Source: a virus (taxonomy: Duplodnaviria; Caudoviricetes). Taken from it: a DNA stretch of 64,000 nucleotides. Below, in pieces: positions 37,736 through 49,600 of this stretch. The notes under the pieces were generated by a model, which saw only the letters and a list, made by a program, of their open reading frames with translations, made no database searches and was not told where the DNA came from. How positions within the stretch are numbered: the stretch's first letter is position 1; every line of letters begins with the position of its first letter. The stretch is from IMG/VR virus record IMGVR_UViG_3300033121_001676, positions 1 through 64,000 of that record; one strand, given 5' to 3'. The position numbers and the translations under genes were made by a program.

Positions 37736-37914
37736 AAGAACTCCTTGAGGAAGATGGTGAACTTTTATTGATGATGCGTGTTTGCGAAGCGCGCAATTGC
37801 AGCCTTGAGGAGGTCTTAAAGCTAACTGAAGAAGAACTTCTACTCATAATTGCACATTCAAGAATCGAAAAGAGGATCTTGAAACAAAAGAGAAGAGAAC
37901 AGAGCCTGGGTTGA
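37726..37914 (+). CDS. -1 frameshift extension (gpGT-like)
   Basis: Heptamer AAAAAAC 37726-37732; -1 frame reads LEELLEEDGELLLMMRVCE...EQSLG to the stop at 37914. Confidence 0.75.
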   Translation, partial: KKLEELLEEDGELLLMMRVCEARNCSLEEVLKLTEEELLLIIAHSRIEKRILKQKRREQSLG

Positions 37915-37929
37915 CCGGGCTCTATTTAT

Positions 37930-40900
37930 ATGGCCGCAAAGTTTATTGATCTTGTTCTTAGAATGGTCGATAGAGTCAGCCCATCGACTAACCAGATTGC
38001 AAGAAATCTCCACAACCTCCAAGGTCAGACTGTTCAATTTCAAAATCAACTTAGTCGAATTGCAAATACTGTCACTCTAACTTTCGGCGCTCTTGCTGCC
38101 GCGAAATTTGTTGGATTTTTTGATAGTTCAGTTGAATCATTTGCAAAAGTCGATGAAGCACTTGGAAGATTAAAGACTGTTGCTGATACTACGAAAGCAT
38201 CACTTGGGAATGAGCTTGGTGCTGCTTTCAAAGAATCACAGAATTTTGCTCTCCAACACAAGTTTGCAGTTGAACAAGTCCTTCAAACATACACTGAATT
38301 TGGATCTGCTGGATTTAGTCTTGCACAATCAGTTCAGTTAGGATCACAGGCACTCTTCCTTGCCAATGCTGTTATGCTCGATGCTGGTGAATCAGCAAAG
38401 CTATTGGCATCTGTCATGGTTTCTCTTGGGCAAACAACAAGCCTTGCATTCCAGACAGTTGAAGATGCTTCACAAAGAGCATCAAGTGCCTTAGCTACAT
38501 CAATTCAAGTCTTTGCTGTTACTGGTGAAGAACTTGCAAATGGTTTGAAATTTGTCCTCGGATCTGCATCTACCCTGAAGATTGAAATTGAAGATCTTGT
38601 TACTTCTATTGGTCAATTGAATAACGTTGGACTTAAAGGTAGCAATGCCGGAACAGCTCTAAATCAAGTTTTTGTCAATTTGCAAAAGGCCACTTCAAAA
38701 CTTGGTCTTGATACGAGTAAATTCATTGATGAATCTGGTGCATTTAAGAGTATTGGAAGCCTTCTTCAAGAAGTTCAACGTAAGGTTTCTGATCTCGGAC
38801 CATATGAAAGATTCCAAAAAGTTCTTGAAGGATTTGGTGTTAGAGGTTCAAGAGCAATAGCTGGTCTTCTTCCATTTGCACCTGTTCTTGATGCAATTCA
38901 AGAACGTATGAAGAAGTCTGGTGATGAAGCTAAGCGTTTGAGTGATTTGTTTGAAAACAACTTAAAGACTGCACTTGACAAAACAAATAATGCAATTGAA
39001 GTTACAAAACAACAGATTGGGGCAAATCTTGCTGAATCTGTTAAGACGACTCTTTCTATATTCAATAGATTCCTTTTAGGTCTTAGAAACTTTGCCGATG
39101 CAGTTGGATCAACTGGCGTTGGAATTACAGCACTCGTTGTTCTTCTTGGTGGTCTTGCAGCAGGTCTTATTGCTATTCAGGGTGCATTCATTCTTGCAAC
39201 TGGTCAAACAATTTCATTCTTAGCTGTCCTTAAAGCGTTCGGATTACCATTTGGAATATTTGTTGGGATACTTGCAGGCATCACAGCAGTCATATTTGCA
39301 TTCTCAACTGCAAGTGATAAGGCAAGAGATTTCCAAGATGCTTTGAAAAAGACAGGTTCAGTTAAACTTGATGATATTGATACGCAATTGACCAAGATTG
39401 GTGAAGCTTTAATTACTGTCAAAAATGCAAGTACGGCGAGTACAGAATCATTATCAAAAGCACAAACAATCCTTAATGAAACTTCTGCAACAACGTTTGG
39501 TGATGAATTTAAGAGAATTAATCAAGAAGCACAGGCACTTGGAGTTTCTCTCAAAACAGTTTCAGATAACTTCAATAAAGCATTCACAATTGCTGCATCA
39601 GCAAGTCCATTAAAGAACTTTGGTCTTGCAGGCTTAGATGCAAATGCTCTTAAGCAACAGATTAATTTGATTGATACTTTCAAACAAGTCCGGCCATCGC
39701 TTTCTCAAGAGAGAACTTCATTAGGTATTTTCCACGATAGATCTTTTGTAGGAAGCGATGAACAGAGAACTGCTGCAAAAGCTGCAATCATAGAGCTTGC
39801 AAACATCGGTGAAGCAGCACTTAAATCTGAAGATGCACTCAAGAAACTCAATGCACAAATTGGGGGACCTGGGCTTAATCAAACTAAAGCTTTTGCTGAA
39901 AGCCTTGTTGAAGCAAAAGATAAGATAACTGGTTTCTTCTCCGGCATATTGCCAGATTCTCAACTCGGAGTTGCAATTGATATAATTGGCAAGACAGGCA
40001 TACCTGATTTAGCTGCGAAGATGGAAAAGGCTCTTGAGCCTACAAAGAAAGTTTCTAAAGAACTCGGCATTTTCTTCGATGCAACTTCAAGAGCTGATCA
40101 AGCATCGCAGGCTTTTAATCAAACACTTGCGAATTTGAACGATGTTAGAGATGAATTGCAAGCGAAGGGAACTATTGATTTACCAGGGAATATTACTGAA
40201 CAGATTAATTTGATTCAAAGACTTGTTCGCCAAGGTGCTGAAAAGGCATCATTCTTTTCCAATGAAGTTGTTGAAGGACAAAAGGCTCTTGCAGCAACGG
40301 CAGGGAAAGGTGTTGCTCAAGAGTTTATTGATTCGATCAATTCACAACTTGATCATGCAAAATTAAATGAAAGAACAGCATTAAGAGACTTTGAAAAAAT
40401 CCAAAAAGATCTCGAACTTGCACAACTTGCTTTCGGTGCAGGTCTCCTCCCAATACCTGATCCAAAGAAGGGTAAGGGTGATTTTGAAACAATCATCAGT
40501 GAAGGTCTTAAGAATGGATTCAAGAAAGGTATTGATGAAGGAAGATTATCAATTGCACAAGGTTTGATTGATACAGTTGATAAATCAATTACTCAAGGTG
40601 CGTTACTTGGATTTTCAAGTTTTTCAAGATTAGGCGCACTTCAGCCATTTCTTAATTCTATTGAAGAACAGGCTGGTGTTATCTTTACAAAAGTCCAGGC
40701 AGGATTTGATATCTCTGAAACAATTAATAAATCTGTCGGAGCTTTGAAAACTGGTTTTGATCTTAAAGGTTTAGATTCTGGGTTTGTTGCACTCAATAAA
40801 TTCCGTCAGATTGTTCTGCAAGAACTTGTTCCATCTCTCGATAGTCCATTACAACAAGCATTAAAGAGGGGATTAGAACCACTTGATAAAGCTGAAGAAC

Positions 40901-41574
40901 AAATTTCAAAACTTCGCGCCCAACTTCTGACAGTCCAAACACCGATTGATCGATCTGTTATTGAACAGTTAATTGGATTCAATAGAGGTGAAGGTAGTGT
41001 TGGTGGGATCAATATCAGTGGCGCAGACATTAACACGAAGGTCAAAGCTCTTGAAAATCTTGTCAAACAAGTAACTGTTTCTGATGGAAGCAATATCGCA
41101 AGTTCTCAAACAATACAGTTGATTCTTGATGCTTATCAAAAGATTGTTGAAAAACAAGAAAAGATCAAACAAGGTTCAGATATTTCTGCTAACTTTGATG
41201 CTTCGAATGAATCAGTTAATTCAACATCCCAAGGTGTTGGGAAGCTTTCTGAATCAATTAACGGGATAGGTGATGTTGCATCAAGAGTTACAGAATCATT
41301 CAACAGTTGGAGTTCTGCAATTGATAGTGTTTTACCAAGATTGCAGGAGGTTGTTGAAAAGGTTGGACAAATAAGTGGCAATGTCAATTCAAGTTCAGAT
41401 ACGAAAGGTTCGGAAATCAATCTTAGACTCGGTGATTTTAGCATAAATATTGAAACGGAAAGCCATCTTGATGAAGAGGAAATTGAAAAGATTAAGAATG
41501 AATTGAAGCCACAGTTTGATGAAATCCAAACAAAGATACTTGATCAAATCGAAGAAGTGTTGAGACACAGGTAA
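37930..41574 (+). CDS. tail tape measure protein (TP901-like)
   Basis: 1214 aa, helical; GLKGSNAGTAL, FG.RGSRA; central hydrophobic segments. Confidence 0.9.
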   Translation: MAAKFIDLVLRMVDRVSPSTNQIARNLHNLQGQTVQFQNQLSRIANTVTLTFGALAAAKFVGFFDSSVESFAKVDEALGRLKTVADTTKASLGNELGAAFKESQNFALQHKFAVEQVLQTYTEFGSAGFSLAQSVQLGSQALFLANAVMLDAGESAKLLASVMVSLGQTTSLAFQTVEDASQRASSALATSIQVFAVTGEELANGLKFVLGSASTLKIEIEDLVTSIGQLNNVGLKGSNAGTALNQVFVNLQKATSKLGLDTSKFIDESGAFKSIGSLLQEVQRKVSDLGPYERFQKVLEGFGVRGSRAIAGLLPFAPVLDAIQERMKKSGDEAKRLSDLFENNLKTALDKTNNAIEVTKQQIGANLAESVKTTLSIFNRFLLGLRNFADAVGSTGVGITALVVLLGGLAAGLIAIQGAFILATGQTISFLAVLKAFGLPFGIFVGILAGITAVIFAFSTASDKARDFQDALKKTGSVKLDDIDTQLTKIGEALITVKNASTASTESLSKAQTILNETSATTFGDEFKRINQEAQALGVSLKTVSDNFNKAFTIAASASPLKNFGLAGLDANALKQQINLIDTFKQVRPSLSQERTSLGIFHDRSFVGSDEQRTAAKAAIIELANIGEAALKSEDALKKLNAQIGGPGLNQTKAFAESLVEAKDKITGFFSGILPDSQLGVAIDIIGKTGIPDLAAKMEKALEPTKKVSKELGIFFDATSRADQASQAFNQTLANLNDVRDELQAKGTIDLPGNITEQINLIQRLVRQGAEKASFFSNEVVEGQKALAATAGKGVAQEFIDSINSQLDHAKLNERTALRDFEKIQKDLELAQLAFGAGLLPIPDPKKGKGDFETIISEGLKNGFKKGIDEGRLSIAQGLIDTVDKSITQGALLGFSSFSRLGALQPFLNSIEEQAGVIFTKVQAGFDISETINKSVGALKTGFDLKGLDSGFVALNKFRQIVLQELVPSLDSPLQQALKRGLEPLDKAEEQISKLRAQLLTVQTPIDRSVIEQLIGFNRGEGSVGGINISGADINTKVKALENLVKQVTVSDGSNIASSQTIQLILDAYQKIVEKQEKIKQGSDISANFDASNESVNSTSQGVGKLSESINGIGDVASRVTESFNSWSSAIDSVLPRLQEVVEKVGQISGNVNSSSDTKGSEINLRLGDFSINIETESHLDEEEIEKIKNELKPQFDEIQTKILDQIEEVLRHR

Positions 41575-43676
41575 TGGGACTGACAGTTACTTTTGGATCA
41601 GTTACACTCCCAAACGTTCGTAGCATACAAAAGGGATCAACTGTTTCTACGACTGTTTGGAATGATCAAACACTGAATAAAGGTTTGCTTCTTCGTGAAA
41701 TTACTGTCGATGGTTTAATCTTTACAACAAATAGAGCAATTTCAAATGCAGGGATTGTTTCTGCTATTAGTGCATATGATGCTCTTGAATCAAGTCTTAG
41801 GTCTGTTGGAAATTCAAGTCTTGTTATCGGTTCACTTTCGTCAATTTCAGATTGCAGGGTTTCTCAAGTTAATTTTGATCAATATCCAGGCAATCCCGTT
41901 CTCTTCTATACAGTCAAATTCTTAACAACTGTCACGAATCCATTTGCTGAAACTGTCACACTTACTGATTCGGGTGGGACGACGACATTTGATCCGATCC
42001 CACAAATCACTGATCAATTTGTTAGACAGGATGGCGTAATAGCATGGGATTCACAAGGTACTTCTGCTGCAAAACAAATTAGATTAAGGGGTCGATTTAC
42101 TGGAACAGTTGTTCAATTAGGTTCAACTGAAGATGAAATTAAAGCGAGATTAACTACCTATCCGACAATGACACTTGTCATTCCAAGCGGTACATACACT
42201 GTAAAATGCCAGTCATTCACTTTCACAACACCTGATAGCACGAGTCGAGACGATATTAAGGATTATGAAATCGAGTTATTTACTGAAAAGAATTATACTC
42301 TTGAAAGTGAAAATCTTCCAAATACACCTGTCACAATTGCAGGCGTCACATTTACTGTTCTTGAATCATATGCTTCAAGCATTTCGAGAGTGAACAATAA
42401 TGGTGTTTATGAAATTGAAACTGAAGAATTGAATATCTCTGGGCAGGTGCATTTTGCAAGCTTTGCTGCTGCCGAAGCATATGCCTCAGCAATTGCCTCG
42501 GTTACTCTCGTGCCGAATACACTTTTAAGTGTAAGTGGTAAGAGCCTTGTCGCAACGTCTATTAACATAGGAACACCTAAGAGAGAAGGACGTCTAACAA
42601 CTGGTGCTCAGAAGTATATTGTCACAATTTCTATTTCATTACAGTGGATTATTAGCCTACAAGACAAAGCTCTTTCTTCATCAGAATCAATTTTTGGTGT
42701 CAATTGGTTCACGATTTCAAGCAAAGGTTATGGTGGAAATGTTAATGTCTGTGGTCTTAAAACTCAAGACACATTGAACATTTCTGGAAAAGTTTCATCA
42801 ATTCCTGCAATCGAAGTCGGTAATTCATATTCATACAATGGTAAGCAATACTATTTGACAGGTGTTAATTTTGGTTCAAGAGATAATCAAGGACGTTATG
42901 ATCTTAGTGTTACTGGTAGAACTCTTGATACTTTTGAACAAGCTGAAGAATTTTTGACATATATTCTTCCTGTCAGTGGTCAATTCATCAATGAACTTAC
43001 ATCATTTTCTAAAAGTGTGAATTACAAATACACTTCAACAGTCGGATATAAAGCGACTTCAGTTACGATCAATATTTCAGGATTTATCTATGTTGGTAGT
43101 GGGAGTGCGAATGGTGTTTTGAATATGATTAATGAGTTTTCTCAATTCACAGGCGGTGGTTTGAATTCATACAGGGTCACTTCAGTAAGTGTTGGGAATA
43201 AACAAAAATTCATTGATCTTGTCGGTTGTGCAATTGGTCAAAAGCAAAGTGTGACTGTCGGTTACATAATCAATTTTGAACCTGATGGAAATTCATCTGG
43301 AAGAAAACCTGCAACAGAAGCAAAGATAATTGAAGAACAATCAGTTGAAATTCAACAGATTTTGAATAAGTATACACAGATACAGATTCCTGGTGGAGCA
43401 TTGTATTTTAAGAAGACTGGTCTCATACCAGGGAAGGTTACAATCAAGATAACAAGAAGAAGAGTTGGTGGGTCAGCAACACAATCATTTGATTATCCAC
43501 CAATACCAGGACCTCCTGGTGGACCAGAAGAAATGTTTTTATCAGATTCAAAGCAATCATCAACTGGAACAACAAGAAGCTCTAGTGCTGAATATACAGT
43601 AATCAAAGGAACGGTGAACGCAGTTGCTGCAAGTGGTGGGACTGTTGTTGGAACGATAGCTGCTGAAGATGGCTGA
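41574..43676 (+). CDS. distal tail/hub-like protein with internal repeats
   Basis: Directly after the tape measure gene; beta-rich with recurring (L/I)NISG modules. Confidence 0.55.
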   Translation: MGLTVTFGSVTLPNVRSIQKGSTVSTTVWNDQTLNKGLLLREITVDGLIFTTNRAISNAGIVSAISAYDALESSLRSVGNSSLVIGSLSSISDCRVSQVNFDQYPGNPVLFYTVKFLTTVTNPFAETVTLTDSGGTTTFDPIPQITDQFVRQDGVIAWDSQGTSAAKQIRLRGRFTGTVVQLGSTEDEIKARLTTYPTMTLVIPSGTYTVKCQSFTFTTPDSTSRDDIKDYEIELFTEKNYTLESENLPNTPVTIAGVTFTVLESYASSISRVNNNGVYEIETEELNISGQVHFASFAAAEAYASAIASVTLVPNTLLSVSGKSLVATSINIGTPKREGRLTTGAQKYIVTISISLQWIISLQDKALSSSESIFGVNWFTISSKGYGGNVNVCGLKTQDTLNISGKVSSIPAIEVGNSYSYNGKQYYLTGVNFGSRDNQGRYDLSVTGRTLDTFEQAEEFLTYILPVSGQFINELTSFSKSVNYKYTSTVGYKATSVTINISGFIYVGSGSANGVLNMINEFSQFTGGGLNSYRVTSVSVGNKQKFIDLVGCAIGQKQSVTVGYIINFEPDGNSSGRKPATEAKIIEEQSVEIQQILNKYTQIQIPGGALYFKKTGLIPGKVTIKITRRRVGGSATQSFDYPPIPGPPGGPEEMFLSDSKQSSTGTTRSSSAEYTVIKGTVNAVAASGGTVVGTIAAEDG

Positions 43677-46600
43677 TCCAAACATACTTCCAGAAATTAG
43701 GGTTGATAATGAAATTGATGATGAAGGTGGGAGTTTTATTGAAGAAAATCTCAGTATTGGCACTACTCCATCTACTGCAAAGATTACGATTGAAGGAGAT
43801 GATGATCTTAGTGTAGTTTCAATTGATGATCCTGAACATTTATCTGAAGGATTGGCTTTTGAAGTTGAAGTTACTGGTGTCAAAATATCTAAGACAATTT
43901 ATGATAACAGGCAGCGTGCAAAGAGAATAATTTTCACTGCCAGCTTCAATTCTGAAAATAGTGACAGATATATGTCACTTATTGATGGAAAAAATTATGA
44001 AGATGGTCATTTTCAAAATATGACCTATAATGATATAATTGATTACATAGTTGAAAAAACAAGAGATTTCCCTGGTTCAGAACTTGTTCTCAATACAGGC
44101 AATCCAAAACTTAATGTCTATGCAGGTGAATTCAAATTCGACAATAATGATGTTGTTACAGCAATCACGCAAGTTCTTGAAAGAGCTGGTAACTTTAGCT
44201 GGTGGTTGAAAAGAAATGCAGGTCCACCAAATACATCAGTTTTTACAAATGAAATTGAAATTCTTGATCTCGGTGAACCAGAACAAATCAATATTGCCGT
44301 ACTTGGTCAAAATATCTATTCAGCAGACTTTACTGGATCAGAAGATTCATATAGACCAGGTGTCCTTGTTAAGGATGGTGATGATGATTATGGTTCTAAG
44401 ATGCAATTTGGTGATCCAACTGATTATGGAAGAACTGAAAGGGGTAGTGAAACACTCAATCCATTAGGGCCACTTGTAAGCAGACCGATAATTCGTACTG
44501 ATGTTCCAGAAACAATTCAGTTTAGTGCATATGATATCAATGCTGTTGATTTTGGTCAAGGACGTCGTAATCTTTGGACTTTTCCGAGTTCACCAAATGG
44601 CAGTGGAGATTTCTTAACACAAGAACTTCAGATTTCAGTCAACAAAGCAACGGCAGGAACAAACAGGATTGGGGCCATCTTCGAAGTACCTGAAGTGCAT
44701 ACTTGGCCTAATGCGCAACCTCCGATTGTCGATGGAAGAGATTTTGTTAAGATTGAAAGAAAACTTCTAACTCATCCGAATGTTGATTTAACAATTGAAA
44801 CATATTTCTCTTCACATCCAACACTTTCTGCAAGTGAAACTTTTCACGAAAAACGCATTACAGAAAATGGTCAAGTTACAAATGTCATCAGTCCCGGTGA
44901 TCAATTTGCTACATGGAAAGCAAGCAAGCGAATTAAAGGGATTACTGATTTCATCGATCAAGGAAAAGATTCAGAATTCGCTTCATATGAATTCTTGCAG
45001 TATGATTATTTGAACAATGAAGGTAGGGATGCAAAGAAAGTCCAACTTGTCTTAAAGCCGCGCCCAACATGGACATCATTACCTGAATATAGGATTGATT
45101 TTGATCGAGGTTACATATTTGTTCCAAGTTCATTATTTTATCTTCTTGGCAACTGGTCTCCGATTACTGTAATCAAATTTACAAATGATCCAGATGAAGC
45201 TGCTGGAGCAAGTACCACAACACCGAAAGTTGTTCTTCAAGCAAAATTTGAAGATGCCTTACAAAACAGTGCTGTCAGAATAATCGGTGTTCTTTCAAGA
45301 CCTCACAGAGTTGCAAAAAAAGGCGATGCTCCATATGCTGTTATCAGGAAGGGGGACTACAAGAGCACAAATGTTCCATTCAATGCTGCTGGCATACAAG
45401 GATTCATAAGATCAGATGGACCATTTAATGATTTTGAAAGAATGGAACATGTTGCTGAAGCACTTTATCAACAGAATTTGAATAAGACTGGTGCCCGTGG
45501 TAGAATTACAATTTACCCAGGTGATCAATCAGTCTTCCCTGGCAGGGGAACAAATGGTGGTGTGATTATCAATGTCAAACACACATATGTTCCTTATTTC
45601 AAAACAGATATTAGCCTTACTGATGATAGAAAATATTACGATCTTTCTGATCTTGCATATAAGAGGGAATTGAATCAGAACAAACATATTGTTGATTTGA
45701 ATAATCAAAGCATTAGAACATATCTTTCAAGAACTGGTGCCGGTGGATCGAGTGGCAGTAGTGGTGCAGCATCTCTTGTTCCGCCGCACACACACTCTGA
45801 TCAATTTTCTGGTGGCACGAGACTCGGGGATATCATTGTCAATTCGATTACAATTGAAGGAGATTCTAAGAAAGGGAATGAAAGTGAACCTGCGATAAAT
45901 TTCAATGCAGGAGGCGAACAAGGAACTCTTGATGTTGTATTTGATCCTGATAAAGGAAAGTTCGTTTCTCAAACAAGTTTGTTCATTGATAAAAGACCAG
46001 ATAATCAACGTGTCCCGAATGCAAAATCAAATGAAAGCACGCAATTTACTGATGTAAATAGAGCACAAGCACGAGCTCCTTCATCTGGGTATTTGCACAA
46101 TTTATTTGATATTGGTCTGGTTGGAACAGAAATTTCAAGGGTTTGCTTAAACATCGTTCCCAAACCATTTGAACCATTGAATGAATATTCAAGCCAGCAG
46201 GCCAATCTTAGAAACTATGGTGGAGATAGGCTGTTCATTACTGACTCTCAAGACAGAGCTGGTTATCTTGGGACTTATACATCAAATCCGGTACACTTAA
46301 TTTCCAGATTTTCTTCTGGTGATACAACCGGTAATTCTGAACGTTGGATTAGAAATAGTAACACAACACCGATATCAATGATCGGTGTTGCAAAACCTGC
46401 TTATTCAAGATCTACGAGAGTTGATGAAAATTTCTTCAATAATGATGTAGAAGTTTTCGGCTTTGCTTCCATGATTATGGATCAAAGTTCTGGAACAACT
46501 CCTGCATTTAAGGTTGATCTTGATAAACAACAGTCTGGCAACCAAAAGACAACTGTTGATGCAGGTGACCCTGCAATCAGATATGAGGCGGCAAAAGGTA

Positions 46601-49600
46601 GTGGATACTGGCTCGGTTATCATTGGAGTGATCAACAACCAACCAATCTGATTGAACTTCTTTCGTTGAGACCACTGACTTCTGGTACTGTGACTACGAA
46701 AGGAATTTATCGGTATGGGTACTATTTCAATGATGGTGATGATAGCAAGTACGGTTTTGGTCAACAGATTGGTGGTGTGAGATCTGTTACTGCTGAAAAA
46801 ACAGGATCATTAGTTGGTGCTCTTTCTAAAACTGAAACAATTGCAAGAAGTAATGGAACAGTTCACCAACTTGTCGTCGCTGATGGATTGAAAGGTTATG
46901 CGGCTATTGGATTGAATGCTATTGGCAATGCGAGAGATCTTGATTCTGGATTTAATCAATCACTTGGTACAACTGGAAATGACAATTCTCGCAAAGGCGC
47001 AAGCTTAGGTCTTGAATCTGGCATTCTTTCTGGAAAACAATATGGTTTCGCGTATTTGTTTGCCTCTGGAGATACGCCGAAAGATGCAGCGACAGGTACA
47101 GAGAATGCTTATTCAGGATCTTACGGTGTTCCTGTTAGTGCGATAGCAGCAAATCCAGAAGAAAAAAATGTCACCGGTATAAGAGTCAACCATTACAGTT
47201 CATCTGGCGGGATACAAGCAAGCGGAACAAGCGGTCAATCAGGAGGAGGTGGTCAAGGTAGTTCGACATTCCCAAACAACATCCTCTTCCATATTAATTC
47301 ACCAAACAAAAACACACTCTTCTACTTTGGCCCTGATGGAATGAAGGGTGTGTGGGATGGATATCAAAACGGATCTGCAAGAGTTGGATTTGCAGCAGGA
47401 TTGCAATTTGGATTTGGTGGCGGATGGTGGTGGGGCAACTACGTTTTTGGAAATCAAACAGGCCAAAATCAAAGCTCACTGTTTCCGTTCACACATACTT
47501 TCTTTGAAGGAGGTGCAAGTTCTCTTAAATTGACGATGACTGATTCGACAATGTTCCCAATTTCATCATTAAATATTGATCTTTCACAAAACTTTCCATC
47601 TGGAAACAATTCAAATATCAATAGTGTCTACAATTACACATATGGAACACGACCTGGTTCTGGAAGTGCGCCACCTCTTCCTAATGGAGTTGCAGCACTT
47701 CTTTCAATGCTTGTTGATGCTGTTCTTTCTTTGATGCATGATTTGCAATCACTTAGCCAAGTTGTTGATAACATACTACATGAAATTGATTCAATTTGGA
47801 AAAAGATCAAAGAAATACAGGCTGAACAAAAGAAAAATCGCAAGGTTATTATCAACATACTTATCATTATCATTATTGTCACAAAGAATAAGAAGAAGCA
47901 AGAAGGCGAACACCCCGGGATTGGCGGCACTACTCCAGGCGGAACGGGCACATCAACTCCGCAAGGTGGCACTACTGGACAGCCAGGACCGGGAGCAAAT
48001 TGGGGTAATGGAAGTGGCGGTGTCAATAGCAGTGGTCCATCAACTACTGGAGGTGTAACTGGCACTCCTGGTTGGAGTACGCCTTCTGGCCCAACATCAA
48101 CAACGACTGGTGGGGCTGCTGGTGGTGGTGCAAACGCAGGTGGAGAAAATCATCCTGGCGGAGGCACAAATGGAAAATCAAATGACAATAAGAACATCCA
48201 TACAGGAATGACTCAAGGTGCCAGTGCTGTCACTGGCAATGCAACACAATCAGCAGGATCAGGTAAACCTGCAAACGTTGCTGTTCTTGGTCTTATCGGT
48301 TCAAATCCTGTCTACACCGGCAGGCCAACAAAAGATCCAATCTTAACACCATCAGATAATTCAGAATACCGTCAAACAAATCCTCTTTCAATTCCAATTG
48401 GTGAAACATATAACCCAGAAACATTGAATCCTGATACATATCTTGTCGGGATACCAGAAGTTTCAAAATCAAGTGCTGCAACACTTTGGAGAATCGGTGG
48501 TGGTGGTGGATTGCCGAATGCTTCAACTGGACCGACAACAAATCCTGTCGCTCCAGTAACAAAGCCAGGAGATCCAGGTTGGCAGCCAGATCAAGATATT
48601 AGATCAATTCTTCAACTTGCAAGCAGAACACCGACAGTTGATCTTGATGCTGCTGGCAGGTGGACGATTGTTGGTGGAGATCAAATCTTCCCGACAATGT
48701 ATGATGCTGGTGGAAGAATTGCAATTAGCGATGATGTAAATGCAAGGGTGAATATCGGTGGTCTTATCGGAACAAATCTCGGTGTTTTGAAAACACTCGC
48801 AGGAATCGAAGCTCGTCCTGAACTCATAGTTTCAAAGAGATCTTTCGGTCTTGTTGTTACTGATGGCGCTTCTAATAAATTCATTTCAAATAACTTTGGT
48901 GCATATCAAGCAGCAGCACATAGTGACGGATCAGGTTACTATATTACAAATCCGAGTGAGACTCCAATCTTCGGTGGTGTGATTGGAACTATGATGAATC
49001 GTATCAATAGATATGATTCAAGAACATCGCCGACCAATACTGGTCTTTTTGTTAGTGCATCAGGCAGTGTCATTAATGCAAACTCAAGTATTGAAGAATC
49101 CATTATTGCAATTGATAGTTGCATCAGCTTTGTTGATCCGAACTCACATTATCAATCTGCAAATAATTCTGTTCAACAAAATCTTGAAGAAATTGGTTTT
49201 GTTGTTGCAGAACACACTTCTAAATGGCCGAACATTCCATTCAATCCTACAAGTGGTTTAGATCCTGGTGATTATAGTAGAATATTATCATTTGATACAA
49301 CACTCAATATGAATGTTGTTGAACTCGGAACAGGTATTGATAGTTACCTCGGATATTTGACAGCAAAAATTCCGGCTTGGTACAAAGCAAACGGATCAAC
49401 GGCATTCACAATTGATCTTTATTACACAATCACATCATCAAAATCATCAACAGAAAGATTTACGATTCAAGTTTCTTATAATTCTTTTGATGAAGCTGGC
49501 GCAGATTATGGCTCTGTTTCAACACAAACATTTGACCAAAATGTTACTGCATCAGAAACACCATATATTCCTAAAAAGATGACAATGAACATCACCACTG

